The notes under the pieces are model-generated. The model made no database searches. It was given only the letters and a program-made list of their open reading frames with translations, and was not told the origin of the DNA. DNA of 64,000 bases from Lytechinus pictus. Taxonomy: Eukaryota. Shown here one piece after another: positions 24,601-36,600 of this stretch. The first letter of the stretch is position 1; every line of letters begins with the position of its first letter. Both the position numbers and the translations under genes were made by a program. The stretch covers positions 7,936,001 to 8,000,000 of the forward strand of contig NW_026974140.1 in the NCBI RefSeq assembly GCF_037042905.1, given 5' to 3'.

Positions 24601-27600
24601 ACTCGGGATGTATCACTTCCAATCTGGATGTAATTGGATTAGTCAAAGCATCAATCTTTCCATTATAATTCTTCATGTTCCTTTTTATGATCTCATTTTC
24701 TTGGATGAACAAAATACAAGGATAAACGTCAGAGGATAAACGTCAGAGGATAAAATATATTTTTTTCTGTCTGCATGAGCTGGAGTCAATATTGATGCAA
24801 ACCAAACAACTTGGACAGAATACAATAAAGTAACACAAACTAATCTGTGTACAACTCACCAAGTTTCACCCAATCCACAGTCATCATTGTAGCGGCTTAT
24901 TCTATCTATCCTCCCCCAAATATTTGTTTCATTACTCTAATTCAGAATTAAACAGCTTGGCCTGTTCTTGGCATTCTATGAGGATTGGTCTGTCTACACT
25001 AAAGACACTTATGTTTTCACATTCCTACTGCATCTTCAAGAATAAAAACATATATCTTTGACGTCATAATTCATCAGTCATTCATGATTGGTATTTTACT
25101 CACTGAAAAGTTAGATATAACTCTTTCTCTGTGTCTGATGAAAAATGTTGGTCGATCTCCTGAGTCCATTTTCGATAATTCTGTGAAACCTTCCCCCTAC
25201 CGTACATTCCTGTATGGTAGTAGGAACCATGTTGTCGGTGCCAAAGCTTTCCCACCGGCTTTCATTTTCCTTTGATAACATTGCTACTCTTGGTATTGGC
25301 AGGACCATCGAAGAGAATGAGGAGAATGATGGCGGACCTGGAAGCCCTCCTAAAACTGGGTAAGTCAAATCCCCTTCTCAAAGAATTTTTTTTGTTGAGA
25401 GTTGTAATTACAATAGACTGTCTCATAAGGTAACTTGTCAAAAGTCTTTTCCATGTCATTTAGCAGGAATTCTCCTTTAAAGGGGAAGTTCACCCTGACA
25501 AAAAGTTTATTGTGAAAATAGCAGAAAAAATTATAAGAATTATTGCCGAAGGTTTGAGAAAAATCCATCAAAGAATTGATAAGCTATTGGAATTTTAATA
25601 ATTTGATATGTGACGTCATTTGTGAGCAGCATTCCTACATAGCGAATGGTAAAAAATCAACGAAATCTAATTTTGTTGTTCCACTTTATATGTTTGTCAT
25701 TTTGCCTCCGACGAAGATTCTGCTAGGATCGAAAGCTTAGGCCCCTTTTTGACTTTGAAATCTAATTTTCTTAGAAAATTGTAAATGGTTTTTACCCTGT
25801 ACATTTTTGTATATTAATAGACAAATCATTTCACACCTGATCATGAATAGAAAACAAAAATAATTCATCAGGAACCATTAAAAAATGAAATTCATGTATT
25901 TTATATTACATAACATATGGGGCAGCTGCTCGTTTAATAATAATAATACGACGTTGCTTGTAAAGTGCATATCACTGCCCATGGACGTCTCTATGCGTTT
26001 ATGACGTCACAAATCCAAAACTTATAATTCTAATTCTTATCTTTAACAGATTTTCCTCAAACCTTCACCAATATTTTTTATTATTTTTTCTGCTATTTTT
26101 ACAACAAACTTTTCTTCAGAGTGAACTTCCCTCTTAACAATGCTATGTGTCTTTGCATGGCAGCCTTCCTGCAGTCCCTATGTGTTTTTCTTTGGTGACA
26201 GTGATGATTCGCAATGAAAGGCTGGTTTCAGGATACCTGTAGGAAAGATGGCTGCTCAGACTTCTGACAAAGTTCATATAGCTGTTTATAAAGCTACACA
26301 TGTCATAATGAACAACTGGAGCATATTCTTGGGAGCGAAATCAGACTCTCAGTCACTGTGATTACCATCGGAATATGATCTTTAGATTGAGAATTCTTAA
26401 ATAAATGTTTTTTATTTGAATGTAAAAGGTGTTTTGTCAGAGTTTTATTAGGGTTACTAGAATGTCACCTTAGTTAAAGGGATCGTTTAACTTTGTGAGA
26501 AGCTGATTAATAAAATTATCAAATTTAGATGAAATATGTTTATGAGTTTATGTATTTGTTCTAAGAAACCCTGGAAATCATCTTTATTTTGGATGAAAAG
26601 TTATTAGTAGGTGGGAAAATGTGATTATATTGTAACCCATCTCCGAGATGCATCAGGAAAAATATGGAGATGTTATAAAAGTAAAGTCACTTTACATACT
26701 GCTTTGTGGAGCAACCACCCTCATATCTGATATCAATGAATATAATTATTCACACTTATATTTTGTCCTTAAAGTTTGATTTCCCCCCCCCCCCAAGACT
26801 CCTTGTTTGTGATTCTGTCAGACACATAAAAGCATCAATGTAGAGGGTCCTTATTCAACAAACGCTTTTGATATATAGATATAGGCTACAAAAAATTAGT
26901 TTGCAGTGGCAGATTTAGTCAGGGGCCTAAGGGGGAAAATCACTTTTCTCATTTGAGAATTACCCAGTGAATATACATCATAATTAGAGCTAAATCTTAC
27001 AAAGTTCTATTCTGCTTCCCATCTATTTTCAGATCGTTCCTTGATCTGACCTTCATTATGTTTCCTGTATCTGTTTTATCTCCTTAATTTCAATGCTTCC
27101 ATTTTGCATTTAATTATTTAAATTTAGTCTGTTTGTAGCCATATATAGAGAAGAAAGATTAAATTCATTTGAAATTTGCCATTATTGCAAACCAATGGTA
27201 GCGACTGCCTGGAATGAGTAATAATGAACTTTGAAAAGTACACTTCTAATGAACTTCTGAGCCAGGATACTACTAAACGTGAATTGTGTGATACGTTATT
27301 TCTTATGGTAGAATTTTTTGTGACTCACAGTTAGTGTATGATTCATTCTTTATTCAATGGCCTATAGAAACTACAGAATGAAAGGCCACAACAGCAGTCC
27401 ACCATACCTTTATCATACCAGACATAATTCTACAATGCATGACAATGTGGTTGTATAAAGAATAAAATATATAGAACTGAATCTAAGTAGACTTTCTTCA
27501 AATTTCTCTGATGATTTCTTATATGTAAATGACAGATCAATGATATATATGGTAAACTTATTAGATATTGAATGAAATATCCAGACCATCAAATTTAAAT

Positions 27601-30600
27601 ATTAGTAGTGCAATGCATTTCCAAAGTAGCGCTTTTCATTGGCATAACAAATTTCTTGATGATACTGATAATTTTGATAAAACTAGTAATAAATATATAT
27701 TATAGTAATTTACTGTCAATAACTGGGATATATTCATTTGATTTGCTAGTTCATTACGATTAACTTGCACGCCGAATAAAAGTACACAATTTTTCCTGCG
27801 CGCGCAGCATCTCCCTACGCGCGCACTATCCCAAGATCATCCCGGAAATTGGCGTCCATTTCCTCTTTTACTTTCGCTTGCCGCCGTGATCAGACGTTAG
27901 CTAAGAACACTCCCATTTTGCATTTATAAAGTGTCCTTTTTTTAGCATATTTGTCTTTGCATTTATTCTTTATTTCAATCCTTTGCCTTTCGGTTTTAGA
28001 TTGATTTCCTTTTATATCTCTCTGCGCGGAGCCTTCGTGTTATTTTTTCACGTTTTCTTCAAATAATCTTTGTGAGTTCCGAACCGTCAGATTCGTTTTC
28101 TCACAGACGGGTTGCCTCCACTTCCCCTCCCTTCCCTGTTCAATGGTATCGTCGTAGATGACATCTTGAGGACCGCCTTTTGGCGCTCTCCTAATTCCTT
28201 CACTTCCTTGTACTTAAAGTACCTTCCTTCGGATGAGGCCTTATTTTTCTCCTCTGTCTTTAAGGCAGCGGCCTTCGTGTCTTCATCTCCCTATTTTTTG
28301 CGCACTTTTCTTTAGTCTAGACATGCCTCCCTTCACGTTGAATCCGTGTTGGTCGAGCAAATCAAATGAATATATCCCAGTTATTGACAGTAAATTATGA
28401 AAATACTTACCTTTATTTTCTTACTTATGAGATAACTGGATTTATTCATTTGAACCCTCCCACCAGCCCCTCGCCTTGCATGGCAGCATGTCTTGCGTTC
28501 AGGCTCATAAGAGGAAATGGACGCCAATTTGCGGGATGATCTTGGGATAGTGTGTGCGTAGGGAGATGCTGCGCGCGAGCAGGAAAAATTGTGTACTTTT
28601 ATTTGGCGTGCAAGTTAATCGTAATGAACTAGCAAATCAAATTAATATATCCAGTTATCTCGTAAATAAGAAAATAACGGTAAGTATTTTCATAATAAAA
28701 GTGAGATATATACTAGTAATGGAAGTGATATAACAACAAAATTAACTATTAATGGTGACGACACCAACTGTGATAGTATATCTATATCACACATATATGT
28801 GTGAACAAAGTTATGATTTATTAGTGTTTTCAACAATTGGCTCAGAATTTTCTTACCCCCACCCATAAAATCCCTTGGGATTTTTACATCAAATAGTATT
28901 ATCTAGTAATCAATATTCAATCTTCTATGAAATGGTATTTACATTGGTAGATGCAATACCATACTCACATTTCTGTTCTTTGAACCCTATGAAAAGTTAA
29001 TAAGGTTTAATTTCTTTAAGAGTAAACATGTAAAGTAGCACATTAAAGCAGAAATGTCTCGAAGCAAGATACTTTTTTTTTCTCCCAGAGGATAAAGAAA
29101 CTTTTATTCAGTTTCCAAATATCAAACTGTTTTTACTATTGCATGTATTATAAAATGTCCTACAAAATATAGTCCACTCTTGAATTTGATATCTGGGATA
29201 TTTTTTGTATCTAAAACTTTCTTTAAACTGCATATAACAAATGATTGTAGTACAGTAGTAGAATGAAATAGGACAGATTATAGTTGCCATGTCTGGCAAG
29301 CCTTTGTCAGTCTTGTGGCAAACTATTTGTCATTAACTACATGTGTAAAAAGAGAACATATACGTTTATGATTTGATTCATTCATTGTATGATTCAGGAT
29401 TTTATGAATATTGAAAAATATTTTTAAAAATTGATATAAGTTTTCTTAATGTTTCATTAAATTAAGTTTCAAAATATTTTTGTTTTGATAGAGTGGATTG
29501 AATATTGAAATATTTCAATAACATGAATAATCGTTTTTAAACCATTTGATGTGTAATAATGATTATGTGTTTATTCATTATTGATTATTCAGTGTGAAAG
29601 GAAACTGGATTATACTCATCCTGTGATAAAAAGTCAAACATGATATTTTGGAAGATAAAATTGGCCTGTTGAGAATGATGAAAATATTATCTTGAATCAC
29701 ATTTATTTCTTTGTTTATCTTTGTTGTACATGGCCATCAGATAATGTCAACTTTATCAATATCTGTCTGAAGGGTACATACATGTAGACTTTAAAGCTGT
29801 TTAGCAAATGCAATCCATTAGTTGGTGTGTATGATTTATGACTTCATATTTTCATTCTACTGGGATTCACTGCACAACGCAAAAAGATATCCTGAAAATG
29901 ACTATTGTATATTATAAAACAAATATGAGAATGTAAGTGATTCAACGTGTCAAATGTGATGAATATGTAAATGTTTTGTTGCGTTCCAAGATTAAAATGT
30001 ATACTAATTGTTGAGATCTCTTACAGCTGAAATATTTTGGGTGTTCTTTAATGATTTTAAATCTTATTTTGTAATCAGGCTTAATTGAACATTTTGCTTG
30101 AGTTTCTCATCAAGCATGCCAGTCATGTATTATGTGGAAATTGTTTCTTGTTCTCTTGCTGTTCATCCTCTTTTAGTACCAAACTTCTTGGAGAACTACA
30201 GCATTTTACAATGACCTACAAGCAATGCATATTTTGATTGTTGTTCTAAAATGCTTGTTTTTTTATTTCACTCCTCTAGACTTGGTAACAACAACATCAG
30301 TTATTCTGTGGAGTCATTGGATGAGGTTGGTGCATCAACGGAGACATGGGAGTTTATGGAAGATGAGGACTTGGTCACTCAAGGACCTGAACCAGAGTCA
30401 TGGAGTGTCATGGCAGAAAAGAAGGTATGGTCACCTTTGAACTTTGACCCTTCAGCTTTACACTATCTTTGATGTGAATTTTAAACAAAAACATTTGATA
30501 AAGGTTTTACAGGAATTGAAACTGAAGAAGCGTTTATTTGACTTTTGACTGACCCAGGTTGATCTTACATGACCTTTTCCCTAGTGAAAAAGTACTCATG

Positions 30601-33600
30601 TTTGATAGCCAGTTATAGTAATAAGTGCTTATTTGTGTATAGTATTTTAGTGTTGGTTTTTGAAATGTTTTACTCTTTGCATGTACTCCCATTTATGTAT
30701 TATTTGTAGATGTTGGTTAAAAATGCCTTTTATTTCTTTTAAAGTGTGGAAAAAGTTATTCAATTGCAGCTAGAAGTTGCACATAGTTGGCCTAATTCCA
30801 TTTTACAATTCCTTCAGACAAACTTCTTTATTTACAATTATTTACATGTATTGTAGTTTTCAGAAAGGTTCTTTTTTATAGAAAGCTGTATTCTGTTACA
30901 CATCACAAATACGGATACATTTGCCAAAGTTTGTAAACATTGCAAGACATTGAAGACAGCTCTGTATACAAAATAGGTCTAAAAATGAGCAATTTTGTAT
31001 CTTAATACTAGGCATCCCTTCCTCTGGTCAATATTGTTGAAACCTTGAAAGCATAAACTGTTATCCCTCATCTAAATAAACCTAATATGCTAAATAAATA
31101 GATCCATATTTTGAACTTAATATTGAAAAGAAAAAGAAAGAGTGAGGCCTTGATGCGTGTTAAAACGAGATAAGCCAGAGAATGTCTAATGACTTGGGAA
31201 CTAGGAGACTTGTCTTAATATCATAATCTAGGTCAGGCTGTGACTGAGAAAGATATGAGATCTTATGTGACTCAAACTCAAATTAGAGTCTACATTTATA
31301 TATCTCACATATGGGAGGGGAACATGTTTGAAGGCTATAGGGAAAGATTCAATGCAGGTTTTAATGTAGATTTTCATCACATGTAGTATAGCGCTATAAA
31401 ACATATTTGTGTGTGGCCATTGTGCAGGTAAATATGAATCTGTGCTATTTTTATAAAGTGTACTTTGTTTTACTTTCATCTATATATTTATTGTATGTGA
31501 ATGCATTTACTCTTTTCCTACTTTAGGTGAAATTATTTGGATGTCTTTTTTATCCCCATGCCTCTGTCAGTCATAACACAATGAGAGTTCGGGTATACCT
31601 TATGAGGTTGTATTATGTACTGACATAGCAAAGCTCATGAGACACCGCAACATATTGAAGCGCCTTTTTATTTCTCCTCTAAATGGAAATGCTTGAGTTG
31701 TATCAGTCACGTTCCATCGTTTTATATTTAGAATATTGAATTGTTTTTTTGTGATTTTCTTTGTAATAGACCATGAAGAAGATGAGTAGTAAAGAAATCA
31801 AACGTCAGGATGTAATCTTTGGTAAGTATATCGGATTCCTTGATGGTCACATACTATAAATTGCAGTTGTCAACCTTATTTTCCAACAATATTACATGCT
31901 AATGAGATGCTTCAATCATTTCAAGAAATATAGGAAGGTTTTTGTGCCTCCCCCACTCTGGGTGGTTGCCGGATATTTTGCCATTTTTTCCCCTCTCCAT
32001 AGTTCAAGAACTGTTTGAGGGAAATTAGCTCAGAGATGCACTCGGACATGACAATGATCTGACTAGATACGATTGATGAATCAGAATTTACCTTTGTTCA
32101 TATGTACGCATTTGGAAGTGACATTGTAATTAGATTGAAAAAAGTTTTGAAAAATGATCTAGTTTTTAGTAAAGAAACCCTCTAAAATAAAAAATCAAAG
32201 ATCTGTTACAAGAAACTTTCAATTGCTTAGAAGTAAATAAGTATTGATGGACCGCTGTTTACTCTCACAATCAGTTTATTACATTCTGTTGCAAAAACAA
32301 ACCACCAGTAATTATTTACAAATTTGGTATTAATTGTAAGACTTATACCTTTATTCTTTTATTCATTTTCCTTTAGTAGCCAGTGCTGTATTAACTGCCT
32401 GGCCAGTGATATATACCAACCAATGTTGTCAAATAAAATATCTTATTATAACAATACATCACAATTTATTTTCCACATCTCCACATTACTCCATAGTTGA
32501 CAGTTTAAGTATCTTCATTTTTATCTTGTATCTATTGTATATTTAGGTGGTCTGTCAATCGACAGATCAACTATTAAATTTTGTATGAATTTTCTTTTTT
32601 ATTTATTTATTATTAGGTGATCTGTCTGTTGACAGATCACCTCTTATGTTTCTATGAATTTTCTTTTTTATTTATTTATTTTTATTATTAGGTGATCTGT
32701 CAATCGACAGATCAACTATTAATTTCGTACGAATTTTCTTTTTTATTTATTTATTTCTTTATTTATTTTTATTTTTCCGCCCTTTTCTTGTTACCATAAA
32801 ATCTCAAAATCTACATCATCAATTTTCTTCAAAATATCATCAGTTATGGGGACTTATCATGTCATCTGTATGACACCAGTTCAAGGTCAAAAGGTCATCA
32901 TGACGTCATCTAGACGCCATTTTGTAAATTCACATTATCAATCATATCTTCATTATCAATCATCAAAAGTCAACAATACTTACATCACATTAACTTCAGG
33001 TCAAGGGTCAACTGTCCATGTCATCAAATGTCATGTAAGGGTCACGACGTGCACGTACACGCGCGTCAAAATTTTAAAATGCTCAAAATCACTTTTTGAC
33101 CAAAGTAGAGTATGAATCAGGTCATTTTAAGCATTTCAAAAAAATTTCGCGCGTAACGCCACTATACAACATAGGATAGCCATTTTTTAAATATTATCAA
33201 TGCATTGATAATATCATTCTGAGTAATTTGATACCTTGATCAACCTTCTAAGACAAGTAATAACGGAATTAGCCTCCAAAGTTTACAGCTCGCGCACGCG
33301 CACTAACCATAGACAATATATGTGCAAAAACATGCCTGTACAAAATTGATTTCTTTTTGTCGGTTGTCTCTGAGCTTGGAGTATGTTGTAGCTGAGATTC
33401 TAAGCTATCGCAAGTGTGGTCTCCATTTTCCGATCAGATGCCGGGATCATGCCCGTATTTCTCTTGCAAAATTGGATTTGAGATCCTCTTAATTTGCTTA
33501 TGTGTAAAGTCTATGGGAAATAGTGAAGCTCAATTGGTAAGGCATCAGACTTGCGTCTCCAGGGTCCAGGGTTCGAGCCCAGGGGTGAACATCAGATTTT

Positions 33601-36600
33601 TTTTTTCTGGTTTCTTTTCAACATTTCACAAATGGTCCTTTATGACCATAACAAGGTATGTAAATTAAAATATTGCACAATGAAATAGTTTAAAAACCCT
33701 TGTAATATAACATGTACCATGTGTATCACCTACACCTCTTTCACAAAACTTCTCATTTCCCTCTTTTCAAGAGTAGTCAACATGTTCTTTTCGTAATAAA
33801 AGTTCAGTTTTCAATATGATCATCGTATTGATCTCAATAAACATGGTGATTATATTCGTGATCATGAAAATCAGAGACAGATCACCTAATTCGTCCTCAT
33901 GACGAATTAAAGTTCTAGTTATATTTGTATCTGATTGGAGTTTTGAGGGAATTAATTCACTTGATAAAAAAAATTCAACAAGTCAGACGAAATTCCAATC
34001 CAATTGGAATTATTTCATTCAAATGTTCACAGTATTAAGGTACCTTATTTAAAGTCTTTTGCGCATTAATTATGCAAACGACCTCTAATTTCCAATTCTC
34101 ACACTTCATCAGAGACAAACAATGGGGAATGTAGGTTAACCGCTATGAAAATACACATATATGTAGTATCCTTATAGTGGGGTTTCTGCAAAGTATGGGA
34201 CAGACTTTTGACAAGATACCTAGGACAAACCGTTGTATCATCTTTGCAGAGAATTTAAATAATAGTGTATTATCAAGTGATGATAATAAGACATTCTTCC
34301 AGTAATATTAAGATGAAAAATATACGTGACTAATAATTTGCTCTTATTTTGTGACTTCAAGGTAATGTTATACCACAGGAAAATATTTGCAAAATGTTTG
34401 CGATTCTATATTCTACTATTCTAGTTCAAAGAAATCTTCTTCTTTTTTTATCTTCATGCCATATATGGATTTGTAATCTGATAGTCTTTATTATGTGAAA
34501 ATCAAAACTTTGATAGCTATTAACATTGCAAACATTCTTTTTTTATCATTTTAATACTGATCAGAGGGCTATGAACATATACTAGATGTTCATAATAGGA
34601 AAATATGATAAAAATGGATTTAGAAAAATAGAAAATGAGTTCAGATAGAAGAAGATAAATGCAAGGAAAGGCACAGTCAGTGAAAGGAAATGGAGTTCAT
34701 TGAAATGAAATCTGGCAAGATGTTGCCTTCCAAATTCACTTATTGATATGGACTCCCAATGGTCACAATTAGAAATCTGATACTTGTTCTCTGTAATTCT
34801 ACTGTGTTTAACTTTATTATTTGAACTGTTAAGGGTTGCCTATACGAGAAAAAAATAAATAAGGAAATAGTAGTACTATTTTCATCTGACATTGCAAATT
34901 GAAAGTGCCTGTAGCCAAACTGCCAAATTTTGGCCAGATCTATACAATGTACCTCATACTCAGTTATTAACAATTTGGCTGTGTGATTATGAATTCATAA
35001 ATCCAGTTGTGAATGCTAGATGGATGAAGGTTTCCATATGATATGGGAGCATTGTTTTAGACTAGTAAATATCCAAGCTAATAGTTACAAAATGCATTGA
35101 TGTATGATGTATGCAGAAATGAATTTGTTTCTTTAAAAAGTAACAGACATTTAGAAAACTGCTTTCCCTTTAAATCTTCAAGTGAGATCTTGGACAAAAA
35201 AACCCAGTGTAGTATTGTTTAAAATGAAGTTTGTAATCACTGAGAATCACTGTGATTTTGTTGACCATAAATGTGCAAATTACGCACATGAATTTTGAAA
35301 TGCAGATTAAAAAAAAAATAATTCATAGATCAATAAGACTAAGACTTGAATACTTAAAATGTCAATATAATTAAAGCATAATGCTCTTTATTCCCAAAAG
35401 AGTTTTATTATTTTAATTGTATCTGTTCACCTGGATTCAACATTTTGTGAAAGGATATTTTTATTTACTTTTCCTTCCATAATGATTTTGCAGATTATTT
35501 GTTTTCCTGTGAAATCACAGCTATTTGTTAATACTTTATTTATACTTTATATTAAGTAGATGTCCTTCTGAAATGTAACCACAGAAATGCAATTTCACAG
35601 TTAAATTTATTTTTTTTATCCACCAAATATCTTTGCATTGTCTTCTTTAACCCATTTACTACACCATTGGGAATATTCATGCAACCCTTTGTATTTGACC
35701 CCCGCAAGGTCATTACAAGGTCAAACAATTGCTAGCATTTCAGTCATTGATCTTCCAACTTTGACAAACAACATTAGTTTCACACACGAAATATGATCTT
35801 TTGTTATTTTATAGATTAAAGAGAATAAAATAAAACTGATTGATGAACTTACCTCCCACTTATAGATTGATTTTGCACAAAGCCATATATTAATACATTT
35901 CTGGTAGTTGTCAGCCATTTTGCTGGGCAATAAAATCACTGTTTTTCCTAACCAAAATATGATGAAGTACTGGAGATATTATAGATACCATACAACATTA
36001 AAGAGGATACACTAACCCCCACCCCCCTCCATTATACCCCAGTCCTATGAAGTATCATGAGATAGTTTTTGTCTCACCTGCATAGCAGAGTGAGACTATA
36101 GGCGCCGCTTTTCCGACGGCGACGGCGGCGGCGGCGTCAACACCAAATCTTAACCTGAGGTTAAGTTTTTGAAATGACAGCATAACTTAGAAAGTATATG
36201 GACCTAGTTCATGAAACTTGGCCATAAGGTTAATCAAGTATTACGGAACATCCTGCCTGAGTTTCATGTCACATGACCAAGGTCAAAGGTCATTTAGGGT
36301 CAATGAACTTAGACCATGTTGGGGGAATCAACATCAAAATCTTAACCTAAGGTTAAGTTTTTGAAATGTCATCATAACTTAGAAAATATATGGACCAAGT
36401 TCATGAAACTTATACATAAGGTTAATCAAGTATCACTGAACATCCTGCATGAGTTTCACATCACATGACCAAGGTCAAAGGTCATTTAGGGTCAATGAAC
36501 TTTGGCCGAATTGGGGGTATCTGTTGAATTACCATCATAATTTTGAAAGTTTATGGATCTGATTCATGAAACTTGGACATAATAGTAATCAAGTATTACT

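Noticed and set aside
24719-24754. 14-bp tandem duplication ggataaacgtcaga
   Set aside because: Simple local slippage with no further structure
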